Part shown: piece after piece, positions 29,101 through 41,100 of the stretch
Position numbering within the stretch: position 1 is the first letter of the stretch
Layout of the letters: each line of letters starts with the position of its first letter
DNA from: Octopus bimaculoides
Lineage: Eukaryota
Direction of reading: 5' to 3'
DNA length: 64,000 nucleotides
Assembly (NCBI RefSeq): GCF_001194135.2
Contig: NC_068988.1
Span: 80,642,970-80,706,969, forward strand
The notes under the pieces: generated by a model
Told to the model about the DNA's origin: nothing
The model's input: the letters and a program-made list of their open reading frames with translations, nothing else
Database searches by the model: none
Made by a program: the position numbers and the translations under genes

Positions 29101-32100
29101 AATTGTCAAGTAGCAGCCATGTTTGCAAGGGAAATGAAATACAAAACCAACAGATTTTACAATCATTTCAAATATTCAGAATTACACGAGAGTCTAATGG
29201 CATAGAAAAAAGACTATTCACAAATAGGTGTCTGTTGAACTTAGTTAAATTCCTTTTAGACGCAAAACATTTAATTACATTGTAACAGTTTACTTGTCCA
29301 GCCAAGTTCCCAACTGCAAATAGTAACTCAGGGTAATAATAGGCATGTTCTAATAGAATAGCTGACAACCACTTCCAACAGTTCCATTACCTAAGACTTT
29401 GCAAAATATTTGTTCTAAAATAAGAGACTCATCTTACTGAAATGTTGACAACTCAAAATAGAAATAAAACAGACATATATTTCACCAGTACAACTTTATA
29501 TTTGATGTTGTAAGCACAATATACAAACATTCAAATACCCTTAAAACCCAAGAAATTTAAATAGTAATTATTTTCAAAATAAACATGGAACTTTACGAAA
29601 AAGAAATTGAATGGTTGGAATTTAAAGAAATGTTAAACTAGAATTCAATAAATCACTTTCTACATAGTTTGCAAAATAGCTACATTACACCTGATTGTTT
29701 TACAAAGTCAGATCTGAACAGTAGGATCCATTTTTCTTCTAAGTCCTTCTAAACAAGAGACAGGGGCAACTGCACATGTTAAAACATTAAATCAGTCTGT
29801 TTGTGTAAGTTAATGATTAAGAGGAAACTGAGCAGGATGGGACTTCAAATGGATATGGCTATCGGAAGAAAGGATTGAGTAAAAAGTTTAACATTAAATT
29901 CTGAAGGAATACGACATAAATGTTGCATTTTTGGTTTGATGTACAGGAAGGGGTTGTGGCTACAGCCTTTGTAGGCGCTCTTTAACATTTTTCCTTTTGA
30001 ACAGTTGCAAGACAATGGCTGTAGGAAAAACATGCAGGAAAGGAATTCCAGAGAGCTGACATTCTAGACAGGAAGGACTAGGTATGATGGTTTATACTCA
30101 GGAGTGTCTGAATAGAAGTTGCACTAGACCAGCCAACTCTAAGCAGCAGGTGTCTCTATAGTAGTTGTTGAAAAAGTAGAGAGAAGACAGCATATCTGTG
30201 GACCAGATGTTGGCACATTCAACAAACTAGAGTAGTAAACAATAACTGTAGAAGAGACAAGATATTATTGGAAAGTAAAACAAGTAGAATTATTAAATAA
30301 AGGCCTTACCATTCTAGATTTACCTAAACAAGTGCATACACACAACCACCATCAATACTTGAACGATAACACTAAATATGGATAGAAGAATCAACTATTC
30401 ATGGTTAAAAAAATTTTCACTTTACAGAACAAGATCAAACTTTTGCAATGTTTTAGCCATGTGTGATAAGTGCTTACACCAAAAAAGAGCAGGTATTGTA
30501 AGGCTTGGCAATAGTTGAACATGTGGTATTAACCATGTTGGTAATTAGTGAATATAACATACCTCTTCGCAAGAATACATTTCTAAAAAGAAAAAACAAA
30601 TCAGTTTACATTTCAAGTAAATTTTTAAATATTGAAGTATCTAGAGCAATTTAGCAAACTGTATTAATTGGTGTATGAAACTGGTGTTTGGGACACAGTA
30701 GAAAGTTCTTGCATTAAATTATGGAGGGTTATAATATATATATGAACACTTCTTACTTGTATTACTACGGAAAGATCATTAGAACAGATCTGTGGAGGGC
30801 TAGTGGAGGAGTGGATAAACTAGCTACATTTAATAACCTAGTGAATGTGCATGAATGTTAATATTTCATGCTTATCACCAATCGAGTAAAATGATGGCGA
30901 CGTTGGCATTCCTTGTTGATATTATGCATTCAAGATCTCTAAATTAAAAAAAATTCCTTTACAGAAAAACAAGTGAGGATTGGCAAAAGGAAGGGCATCC
31001 AGTTAAAAATCCTGCCTCAAGGTAGCATGGAAAGGCAGATATTAAACAAGTGATATTTAAAAATCTCTATCAAAAAATTGAAGACTTGGACAGCCTTGTA
31101 AGAAAAGAATGAAAGAGTCTTTACATCCTTAATCATTTAACTATGCTTATCTAAAGATGGCTCTTCTTGATTCAAATAGAGCCAGACTATCCGTCTCATT
31201 TCTTAACCCTTCAGCATTTAAACTGGCCATATCCGGCCAAAAGTATTCTGCTTGTTTTATGTTCAAACTGGCCAAATCTGGTCTCTCACACCAACCCTAC
31301 AATATTGTTTTAAAAATTAACAGCTACCTCATCAAAATCTCATAGCTACAAGATAATGTATGATTAGTTTAAAACAATGTGGATGAAAAAGCATTAATTT
31401 TGGCAGAATAATGCAAACATTAAAGGGTTAAATGTCGATACTACAATGCTACTAACAATATCACCCTACTTCTGTATAATTTGAACAGTCTTACAACATA
31501 ATGCTTCTCAACTACTTGACACAATATTAACTAACCTATCACCTAATAACCTCAGTTGCTTGTTTGCAATCCTAAACCCATTTTCTTGTCACCTTATCCC
31601 CTATCACAATGCTTAATATGCAACTTGCAAGCCCTCCTCCACAACTGGTCAGCACAAGGTAACATCTCACTTTAGCATCATAATTCTCTAGGGATTTATT
31701 GTGAACATATTTCACAATTGATCATATATCTTGTCACAAACTTTAATTTCCTTAACATGCTATGGTTAAGAAAATGTAAACCAGAGATTTAACACCGATT
31801 GCCAACAACTGATTTTCAGATGATAGGTATACTGTAAAAGAGTTCTATCACCAAAGACTGTGAAAATAAATTACAAATATTAGCTGAGTTTGACTTTCAA
31901 ATAACATTTTAATATACAAAAGAACAATTCACCAAGCACTGCTAATCTACTCCAAAACTAGTGAATTGATGTAGCTATGATCAATTTAAACACCAAAGGT
32001 CAATGCTTGATGAAAAATGAGAAGTGATTCTAAAGGATTGCAATACTGGAGAAGGATGGCAAAATATTGTTTCCAATGTGAGTAGGGGACATTAAGGATA

Positions 32101-35100
32101 CAATAAAGAGAAAAGCAGACACATTTGCTAGATGTAGAAGAAAAGTATACGAGTAAAAAAAAAATTAACAGAATTAAAGAGCAATTACTGTATTGACTAT
32201 TAACTAGACGATCATTTTGTTTAACATTTGTCTTTACTGTATTTCTGATGAAATACACTGCCTAATGAAGAATTTAGTTTGAAGCATAAATTAATATGAA
32301 ATTTTGAAGGAAGATTTTAATTTAGATTATTTTAAAGCGGGTAGTTTGTATCATAAAACCAGGCGGGTAGGTCGCAAGAGGATAAAAGCAGAGCAAAATA
32401 CGTGCAACAACTACACCATCCCTGATATACAAGCAACTTGTAGTGGTTAGAAAATGTTAAAAGCTGAGGGGAAAACTAACCTCTGGAATTCACTCTAAGA
32501 ATTGTGTACAGTAGATGTGAACCAAAAAAAATGAAGTTAAATAACATTTATGGAAAATAAAGGGTGTATTTTCTTATCTTTCATATCCCAGACATCAACC
32601 TTTTCTTTCTTGAAATACAATCATTTCATACCAACTTCTAATGCTATTTCATTTAGTTCTTATCACATGCTTTTATTGCTCAAATTGTAAATTCTATGTT
32701 GGCATAGTTTGGACATTTTATTCAGCAGAGGGCTTTATCTTTTAACAATATTGGCTTAAAATATCAATCACACCATGAACTGACATGTTTCCAATCTGTA
32801 GTATACTTTGGAATATGCTACTTTTCACAATAGATTACCTTTATTGTAGCTTAGAGGAGTTACATCAACTTTACAAAGGAGTATGCAAGTAAAAGAAACC
32901 TAAGCAGAGAGAAACACTGATCAAAAATATTTTTTTAAATAGTGTAAAGTATAGCACAGGAAAGGGAACAGGATGAGTACAGGAGAGTTAAGGATTTACA
33001 CAAGAGTAACTCAGACTGAGTGACAGAGATTGTAGTGACACAGGATGATGTACAAGCAAAAGTAAATATTTGTTCATTGCAAATAAAGAGAATAAGACAT
33101 AAATGATCAGTCTCTTACACTGTAACAAGATACATCCATTTATAATATGGTATCAGTTAAGTAACATTATAGATAATTAGTAAGTAGGCAAGAGATTGCA
33201 ATGACAACAATGTGAAAAGATAGACTGAAAAGTAAAAACAGTGGTGTTAGCTTTCCAAATACAAGCAGAATAAATCCAGCTTTTAAAAAGCCAACTTCAA
33301 GTTTTAAGTCCTTCACTGATCGACGAAACAGAATTGAAAACCCGCCATGCTTGAGTAGAAGACCCATCAAGCCAAGTGAAATTGTAGTCATGGCAGATAT
33401 TAGTGTCGTGTTGACGGCACATTAAAAAACACCCATTACACTCTCAGAGTGGTTGGCATTAGGAAGGGCATCCAGCCATAGAAGCCATGCCAAATCAGAC
33501 TGGAGTCTGGTGCAGCCCCTCAGCCCTGGTCAAACTGTCCAACCCACAACAGCATGGACAGCGGACATTAAATGATAATGATGAATAGTGACAAAAACAA
33601 GATATTGTTGCATCCCTAAAACACACAATATTGTGGCTGTCTCAATTGATACATGCATTCTACTTTGTTAACAGGAAAAACTAAGCGTCAAAGAGAATCT
33701 ACTAACTATGCCAACCTAACAGGAAGGCTATCATCACAGAATATCATGAACTTTCTAAAATATCCAATTTATATCCTTACTAATATGCTGACCTGTTCTT
33801 TTTGAAAGGTTCTAATATAAAGAAAGAACAAAAATGGGAGGATGTGTAAATTCAATAGAAAAGATACTAATTTTTTTCTTGTCCTAAATTTACCAATATG
33901 ACTAGTTTTGACAGATAATCCAGGAGTATAATCAAATAAAAATACAAATGTTTTAGACTAATTGATAAGGTGGTTACAAGTCCAAAAGTCAGGAAAGTAA
34001 AGATTAAAGCTCATTGTCTTCATTGAGTTAAAATTGAAACACACTTTTAAAGTATTAAACTTCAGGAATTAGCAAACTTTTAACGATGGTAGATTTAAGC
34101 CTTTTTATTTCACAACTATTACAATTTACTATATTCTATTTCAGTAGGGCTTTCCTGAAAATGTAGATTTTTTTTACATTAGTGCTAGGAATAATAGCAT
34201 AACAAGGTAAAACATGCTCCAACAATGTAAGAAGTAAAAACTACTTTCCCGTTAAGCAGACACAATTAAGGATTAATTTGAGTAGAGCACAACAGCTTTC
34301 TTCCATTGGGGAAGACCAATTATACTTTATTTTTAGGATAACAGTGAATTGTTCAAAGTGAATTGCTGCACCATAAAACTCTTAACAAAAAAAAGTCCTT
34401 TTCAAAGTTAAGGCGACATATAATACATGTTATTCATGCCATTACCAAAAAATCCGGGTTGCTTGGATTTACATTACTCTGATCATCCACCCACCTCTAC
34501 CTTCCACTACATGTGATAGTATATTCATGAAATACAAAGTACTATAAAGTTTTTGAGACAATACAGGCCTCAAAATTTTGATGCATTTTACACGAAGATT
34601 TTTTTTAAAGTGTAAACGTGCAATAAGTAAATTCCAGTAAAAAGGACTGAAAAAAATACTTGGACGAAGTCTAAGGGATCTTCAGTGTAACAAATCAAAC
34701 AGTACAATATATTTAACATATAACAGCTTTGTACAGTTACAGTAACAATACACCATAGTTATTTTTTCACACTGGCCAGTAAATAACTGATGCCTAACAT
34801 TTTATTATTATTTCAATACACAAGATGAACAGCAATGTTAACCCAGGTAGCAATTGAAGTCAAGTTATATTGGGATGTAAGCACCCTTGTTTTCTGTTAT
34901 ATTAATTATAATTCTCACTGGTATCTGGCCACAACTTTGTAAGGAAAAGATATTGTCACAGAATTGATTCCAACAGATACCTGGATAAAGAAAAATGGTG
35001 AAAACAGCCCCATGTGATTTGAAATTATGTGATGAAATTATTCTAACACATCATAGCCCTGTCTTAGTCATTCACCTTTAACCAATCCAAAATAATTGAA

Positions 35101-37122
35101 ATAGCATGTTGAAAACAATATGCCAAATTCTAACCATTATTGAAATAGCAAAAAGAAAAAAGTTGCTGGCAGTTTCTAAAAATTGTACAAGTTGCCAGCA
35201 AGTTAGGATATTTTCAGTTAGTAACGGGAAGTTTCACAGATATGCTTAAAACATCAGTTTCATTCATTAACTACAAATATTTCAATTAATTAATCTTACA
35301 TATGGAGCATGGGTTTAGCATTATTCTATGAACTGCATACTTAGAAATACTGAAATATTCAGATTTTATCAAGAGCAAAAACCATGCATTTTAACAAACA
35401 TAAACATTCTAGAAACATATCAGCCAGCAAGAGAACGAAACATTTGCAACAACAATTTTCTACCTCAGCTGCTTAAAATAGCAAATACACGTTCACATAT
35501 ATACATTACACAGATTTCCCCTATTTATCAGTAGTACCTGCTAGGTCACACTAGTTTGATATTATAACCCATATAACAAGGAATTTATATATTATAAACT
35601 TATGACTAGAATCAATGTTTAGTACCCAGCAAATTATTATTTTCATATTTGTATGTGCTTAGGAAGAGTTATGTTTTATCCTCAGATTCGAAAAAAGGTT
35701 TCTCATGTAAAAATTTACAAAGGGGTGAAATAGTATCAGCCTTGAAGGCACGAAAAGCGAAATAAAGTTTTGTTACTGAGTGGAGTGCCAATCCCCGGGT
35801 TTGAAATTACCATTNNNNNNNNNNAAAAAAAAAAAAAAAATTAACGCAAGTAATACCTAAAAACACCACGTAACGATTTATGCAAGCAATCGAAATACAC
35901 AAAATGACATTGATTTCACATTTAGAAACCAGACTACAGCCCACGCAATGAACAGAGAAACATTCACGGACATGGTTAAATTTAAATTAAAGAATTAAGT
36001 ATTTTGGCACATTAAAATTGGAATAGAACTAGAACCTTCAATTAAAAATATAAGCTTGTAAATTAATTACGACAAATGGTTTTATAAAAGGTGATTTTGA
36101 ACTTGCGAGGATACGTCTGGTGTACTGTCACTTGAGAACAAACTTGATCTTTGACGTACATTTTTCATATGAAAACTAATTATGTCAACTCTTATAAAAT
36201 GTTAAGAGTCATTATTAACTCAGTAGAAATATGTTTCAAAGAACTGCATGTTCTCTTCATGTTCTCAGTAGATTTATTGATGTGGAAACAAAAAGGTGAA
36301 CCTTTCTACCCCACCTTTGGATGAAAATACACAGTATCTACAGCAAAGAACATATTTTCTTTTATTCTTTTACTGGTTTCAAGCATTGGACTGCGACCAT
36401 GCTGGGGCACCACCTTTATATGTTTAGTCGAGCATAGTACTTATTTCATCGATCTATATATATATATATATAGAACCACTAGTTTACGGGACACGAAGAG
36501 GAACATAACACCGAATTTTAAATCAGTGTAAACATAAACATATACGAGTAGAGAGAGATGCGCAGAAGCGTGCACGCGGTGGGCTTCTGTGCACTTTCTG
36601 TCCAAATTCTATTCACAAAGTATTAGCAAACCCAAGGCTATAGGAAAATACATGTGCCCAAGACGCCAGACAATAGAATCGAACCCAGAACTTTATGATT
36701 GGGAAGTGAAATTCTCAACCACACAGCCATGTCTGCGCCCTTACGTATATTTTTTAACATTATAAACGATTAAATTTTTGAAGTTCATTTAACGACGTAT
36801 AACAACAATGGAAACATCACTTACAATACAGCATACTGAGAGGGTTTGTAATAGAGAGGGATTTGAATAAGAGAAAACACAATTACGGATGAGTGGTGAC
36901 AAATCTGATCAATAAACATGAAACGAAGAAGTTCAACAGCAGCGAAAAATGGTGATATGGAGAAGTTGTTGGGACAGAGAAGAAGAAATATGGAATCACT
37001 TATTTCAGTAATGGTATAATGAAAAAGTATAGTTATATTACTGAGAAAGACGTTTTTTAAAGTTGTAAACCTGTCTGAAATAAAATATTATCAGAGCTGA
37101 GAGACCTACCTCCTTCTGCCAT
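6765..37122 (-). CDS. GYG1: Glycogenin (GT8, self-glucosylating glycogen primer). Spliced model join(37122-37110,18581-18443,17696-17522,17078-16916,15361-15235,13447-13270,7333-7265,6953-6765) = 1053 nt, 350 aa (327 aa without exon 7)
   Basis: Hand-assembled from GT-AG bounded exons with consistent phases. Motifs: [19 protein letters not shown] (DXD), [34 protein letters not shown] (autoglucosylated Tyr), VHFLG-KPW, and C-terminal [22 protein letters not shown] (glycogen-synthase-binding tail). Confidence 0.96.
7265..7333 (-). CDS. GYG1: Predicted glycogenin exon 7 (69 nt, phase 0/0; [23 protein letters not shown]), probably a cassette exon
   Basis: tgctttcaag|GAT...AGG|gtaagt (consensus donor). 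Open, frame-preserving, and at the position of the variable linker exon of vertebrate GYG1. No sequence homology support. Confidence 0.6.
7635..7749. repeat. Near-perfect palindrome/foldback: 56-bp arms, 3-nt loop
   Basis: 7635-7690 pairs with 7694-7749, 52/56 Watson-Crick when checked base by base. Confidence 0.92.
9538..10230 (-). mobile_element. RTE-clade LINE 3' fragment (ORF end, 3'UTR and (GAT)n tail), with an internal gap
   Basis: [21 protein letters not shown]...GRGRPRKTW motif typical of the RTE C-terminus. Tail (CAT)n on the + strand at 9539-9557. Confidence 0.88.
10905..12246 (+). mobile_element. 5'-truncated decayed RTE-clade LINE (RT C-terminal half, 3'UTR, (GAT)n tail)
   Basis: Fragments of [19 protein letters not shown] and [10 protein letters not shown], with frameshifts. 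Confidence 0.88.
13270..13447 (-). CDS. GYG1: Glycogenin exon 6 (178 nt; [17 protein letters not shown]...[16 protein letters not shown])
   Basis: cacag|G...GGG|gtatgt. Lies inside track ORF 13225-13518. Confidence 0.95.
14760..15060 (-). mobile_element. RTE 3'UTR-derived short copy
   Basis: Highly similar to 9540-9770 (catcatcgtttaacgtccgctttccatgctagcatgggttg...). Other 3'UTR copies near 2170-2400, 33390-33585, 42820-43030 and 60110-60605. Confidence 0.85.
15235..15361 (-). CDS. GYG1: Glycogenin exon 5 (127 nt; [43 protein letters not shown])
   Basis: ctgtag|GT...CA|gtaagt. Contains the acceptor tyrosine motif. Confidence 0.97.
16916..17078 (-). CDS. GYG1: Glycogenin exon 4 (163 nt; [54 protein letters not shown])
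   Basis: ttacag|GTT...GATG|gtaaat. Hallmark glycogenin sequence. Confidence 0.97.
17522..17696 (-). CDS. GYG1: Glycogenin exon 3 (175 nt; [10 protein letters not shown]...[11 protein letters not shown])
   Basis: ttag|A...TTG|gtaagt. Contains the DXD motif. Lies inside track ORF 17495-17785. Confidence 0.97.
18443..18581 (-). CDS. GYG1: Glycogenin exon 2 (139 nt; [46 protein letters not shown])
   Basis: tatag|GTAAGG...CTCAG|gtaatt. Translation matches the glycogenin N-terminus. Confidence 0.95.
18885..19110. repeat. Degenerate minisatellite, about 6 units of ~37 bp (ctaa-cactgg-tgtgt-g-tcata)
   Basis: Visible periodic re-use of actaa..ca.tgg.tgtgt..gtca.aa..aa. Confidence 0.55.
22936..23387 (+). 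mobile_element. RTE LINE 3' fragment
   Basis: ORF 22860-23174 contains [10 protein letters not shown]...GRGRPRK, followed by the shared 3'UTR. Confidence 0.85.
23527..24397 (+). mobile_element. Internally deleted mariner-type transposon relic
   Basis: [22 protein letters not shown] (mariner N-terminal HTH) and KVITGDKS (first catalytic Asp region). Imperfect TIRs gggtacc-aaaag-aac-ggaa at both ends. Confidence 0.8.
27377..28652 (+). mobile_element. Full-size (~1.28 kb) decayed mariner (DD34D-type) transposon
   Basis: TIRs tgagggtgggctgaaaagttcatagg / cctatgaacttttcagccaacctca. Peptides [15 protein letters not shown] and [16 protein letters not shown]. Multiple stops and frameshifts. Confidence 0.9.
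29790..30310 (-). mobile_element. Old CR1/L2-group LINE 3' fragment
   Basis: Degenerate ...SFLPIA..IW-type terminal motif (SFFPRT..LWN-like) and an upstream HIW-type motif. Heavily eroded. Confidence 0.4.
37110..37122 (-). CDS. GYG1: Glycogenin coding exon 1 (M-A-E-G + phase 1)
   Basis: Minus strand reads gaacATGGCAGAAGGAG|gtaggt. Phase 1 joins exon 2 (GT AAG GAG GCT) to give [12 protein letters not shown]. Vertebrate GYG1 also has a tiny phase-1 first exon. Confidence 0.8.
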
Positions 37123-37204
37123 GTTCAACTCAGTCTACAAGGCAACAACAGCAGCAGTAGACACCCGACCTTGACCAGAAGGGCAAAGAACGTAGAAATA
37201 CGTA

Positions 37205-37220
37205 ACTTCCGATCATGTGA
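37205..37220 (-). promoter_or_regulatory. Candidate glycogenin proximal promoter motifs: ETS core (CGGAAGT) next to palindromic E/M-box TCATGTGA
   Basis: Motifs lie 83-98 nt upstream of the ATG in a locally CpG-richer segment. Motif match only. Confidence 0.3.
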
Positions 37221-37656
37221 TGAGACAAGTAACAAACAGGTTCGAAGAGAAAACTACGGAAGACAAAAAGAGATACAATTTTTAAAACCCACGTCGCTGG
37301 CAAACATTCAGATATTCTTTAAAAATAGATTTTCGGGGAAAAAATATAGATCTTGTAATCTATGATTCATTAAATTATGAAAGCCTAATACTATAAAGAA
37401 AAAACGTTTTAAAATAAATTTCTTTTTCTTGCAAACACCTTTAGAATATATAATAAATTATATTTTATTGTTATCTAAGAGGGATTATATCTATAATTAT
37501 CCAATATTGATTTCAAATTTCGGCACAAGGCTAGTAATTTCGGGGGAGAGAATAAGTCAATTACATCGACCCAGCATTCAACAGGCATTTATTTTATCGA
37601 CCCTAAAAAGATGAACGGCAAGGTCGACCTCGGCGGAATTTGAACTCTGAACGAAA

Positions 37657-38180
37657 NNNNNNNNNNNNNNNNNNNNNNNNNNNNNNNNNNNNNNNNNNNN
37701 NNNNNNNNNNNNNNNNNNNNNNNNNNNNNNNNNNNNNNNNNNNNNNNNNNNNNNNNNNNNNNNNNNNNNNNNNNNNNNNNNNNNNNNNNNNNNNNNNNNN
37801 NNNNNNNNNNNNNNNNNNNNNNNNNNNNNNNNNNNNNNNNNNNNNNNNNNNNNNNNNNNNNNNNNNNNNNNNNNNNNNNNNNNNNNNNNNNNNNNNNNNN
37901 NNNNNNNNNNNNNNNNNNNNNNNNNNNNNNNNNNNNNNNNNNNNNNNNNNNNNNNNNNNNNNNNNNNNNNNNNNNNNNNNNNNNNNNNNNNNNNNNNNNN
38001 NNNNNNNNNNNNNNNNNNNNNNNNNNNNNNNNNNNNNNNNNNNNNNNNNNNNNNNNNNNNNNNNNNNNNNNNNNNNNNNNNNNNNNNNNNNNNNNNNNNN
38101 NNNNNNNNNNNNNNNNNNNNNNNNNNNNNNNNNNNNNNNNNNNNNNNNNNNNNNNNNNNNNNNNNNNNNNNNNNNNNNNN
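37657..38180. other. Assembly gap (others: 4505-4831, 9770-9947, 19519-19528, 35815-35824, 41942-42222)
   Basis: Runs of N. Track ORFs crossing them are artefacts. Confidence 1.
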
Positions 38181-41100
38181 AATCATCTCGCCACTTCTCG
38201 TCGCTCTTTTTGCATCCCCTCCACTAGCATCGCGCTAAGCACTGTACTTTGTCCTTGTTTACGAGAACATCAACAGTCTGAAATCTCCAGCCGATGTCAT
38301 ACTTACAGGTGTTGACCTGCAAACAATTTAAACAGAATATTAAGGGTATCGAGCTCAACCGTCTCGGAGTGACTACAGAGGCCGTGGGTTCTGCCCCTTC
38401 ATCATTTTTGTATCTGTTATGAATTTGAGGTCATATTATCTAGATCTTTATTTGTTAATCATATGAAGGATAGATCCCTTGTCATAAGGTCTTCTTGGAG
38501 ACATGACATGATGAAGTATTATTAATCCAATTACTGTTTGCTAAATTTTCATAGAGATTAACTTTATTTTGCTTTATACTTCATATGTAATGGCGGTACA
38601 TTATGGGAGAAGTCTTTCTGAGGTACGATTATTGTACATTGATAATAACAGTCGTCCAAACACTAGTTCTTTCTGACTAGTCTTATGTCTAGAATGGCCA
38701 AGGGTGATTGAGACTGAAAGCAGATGACGCTTATGATTAGGAGAGAGGAGGGTTTATAAAAGAATTTGGTCATTCGATTTGACAGAGTAATCACCATCAG
38801 CTAAATCACGTAATAAGACTTGTTGCTCAATGCTTGTTTCTCGGAACTACATTTTCCTGGGATTCTTTTTCAACCACAAACATTTAAAGGTTCCAACTGA
38901 ATATTTACCAAATTAATTTCTCCGACTGTCTTTGTCTTTAATATAAATGAGAATGGAAAGAAGATACTCTTCTGGCGATACTTACTAAGGAATAAAAGAA
39001 TGTATATTTCGAACTTAAACCATTAAAAGAATAAAAGAATACACGCATGTACGATTTCTCGTTTCATTCCGATACAAGAACATTTTTGCTTATATTGGGT
39101 TACACAATATCTTATACAATTATATATTTCATACTATAAAAACATAATTAATTGTTATCAATTGCTTTGCTGTTGCTTTTTTTTTTTTTGTAAAATTTAA
39201 TGATGTTTGTGCTTGTGCTAAGTATTCTTTTATTCTTTTACTAGTTCTGGTTTAAATTGTATATTCTCTTATTCTTTTGAGTTTAAAACCATAACGTAAA
39301 GGATTCCCCGTTTTCATTTACAGTTTGACTAAAAGATGATTCTATATTGTGAAATTAATGAAAAGAATGTCAAAAAGATAGCCAGAGCAACAGAAATGAA
39401 TGAAGTTTAAAAGTAGAATTACTTAAAATATAAAAGTAGGTATATATTTGAGCATTGTGAAGAAAAACGCAAACATACGTGTGTGCATGATCCCTAGGTC
39501 AGCTGTTATCAAATAGACTTCTAATTATAGTTATTCCCGCCGTGGTGGTTCCATCTCTCAATATATCCAGGTCTACGATGTGCAATGCATCTTTCCTTTA
39601 TAAAACAGTAAAGTATGAACTGAGGGAGATTTGACAACTATTTCAAACCAGTTCAACTGCGCCGCTCGAAGTGGTTCAGTAAAACGCTTGTCAATGGTGA
39701 CGTAGAGGAAAATCAAGAAAAACTCCAACTGATGGATATTGGAATGGATTCTAAGAATGGAAATGGTTAATTCCTGGCATAATCGGAACTATGTATGACT
39801 TCTGTTTATTTACAAATAATTATTTCTTTATTTATAACTCATTCAAACTTCAATATCTAAAAAACATACATTATTGAAAAAAAACATTAAAAGATAACTT
39901 CATACAATTCTTAAGTGACATTCCTGATTCCTGAACGACTTGCTAGTTAGCACCAGGTCAACGCTGATCAAATACATTCCAGACCTGACCATCTCATCTC
40001 TTTTTTAAAAAACTTTTTGGCAATCCCTCGGTATTTATAGATGACATCATTCAGCCACACAACCTTCTCTCATGACATAAAGAGGCAAGGCTGAAAAAGA
40101 ACGTGAATGACGTCGAGTCCTCATACCGACATTCTGTATACCAATACTGAAGGATCACATTTTTTAATAGTGTGTCCAGAGCTCCATTATCGAAAAAAAA
40201 AAGGGTTGGATTTGGCTGCTATATGTAGCAAATAGAGTTACCCACCCACACTCGTCCGGGATTTGCTGCACATCAGGAGCATAAGTTTCCAGGTCCAATA
40301 TCAATAGAGTGGTCACGGTTGGAAATCAGAACCAATTAATGACACTTGTACAGCCTTATTTACTAGATTACATGTTTCTAATAGAGGCCAAGGATTTCGT
40401 GAGAGGGTATTTTCGGTTAAAACATTTCCAGTACTTGACGGGTACTTTATTTTGTCGACCTTGAAAGGATAAAAAGTAAAGTAGACACTGGCTGAATTTG
40501 ATCTCAGATCGTAAAGAGCTGGAAGGAATACTGCAGGGCATTTTGTGCGATGCTCATTCTGCTAATCCATCGGATCCATCATGATGGCTGATGACAAAGT
40601 AAACTTTTATCTGGTCTTTTGTCCTTTCATTCTCCAAAAAAAAAAAAAGATATTTCACTCCATTTCTCAATAATATTCCAATTATTTTTCTACATGAACC
40701 TACTTGAAACTATGACACCCTGATGATAAAGACAACCGAAAGTTAAACCACGGGGCAACAATTTCTATTGGTGAGGTCTTTGAATTCCAGAAGCAAGATA
40801 ATATAATTGAATTTAAAAATTATAGATAAAAATTTTCACATTTGAAATGAAAAGACATTTCAAATGGAAATTATTCTCTGTGGCAGACTTTAAAACTTTG
40901 GCAGGTACTTAACAAATTCCACAGAGAACGAGAACCAAAAAGGGTAAATAACACAAGATAGAAAGTGAAATGAGAATCTAGCAGATATTGCAATTGTTCT
41001 GCGGTATACCTATGCCTATCCAGTCAGTATCTACTGCTGCTGTTATTAGAGAGAATGCGGCACGTAGGCAGTCGGTCTGGCTTGTTATCTTCACAACCTC

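Noticed and set aside
38307-38316. ttgcag|GTCAACACCT|gtaagt 10-nt microexon candidate upstream of glycogenin exon 1
   Set aside because: No ATG and no identifiable downstream acceptor before exon 1. The adjacent gap prevents evaluation.
38344-38398. tRNA-like segment (gagctcaaccg...gtgggttctgcccc)
   Set aside because: Partial A/B boxes but no complete cloverleaf. Likely a decayed SINE head.
41029-41045. 15-mer tctactgctgctgtt shared in inverse orientation with the glycogenin 5'UTR (37146-37160)
   Set aside because: Largely (CTG)n low complexity, so a chance match is likely.
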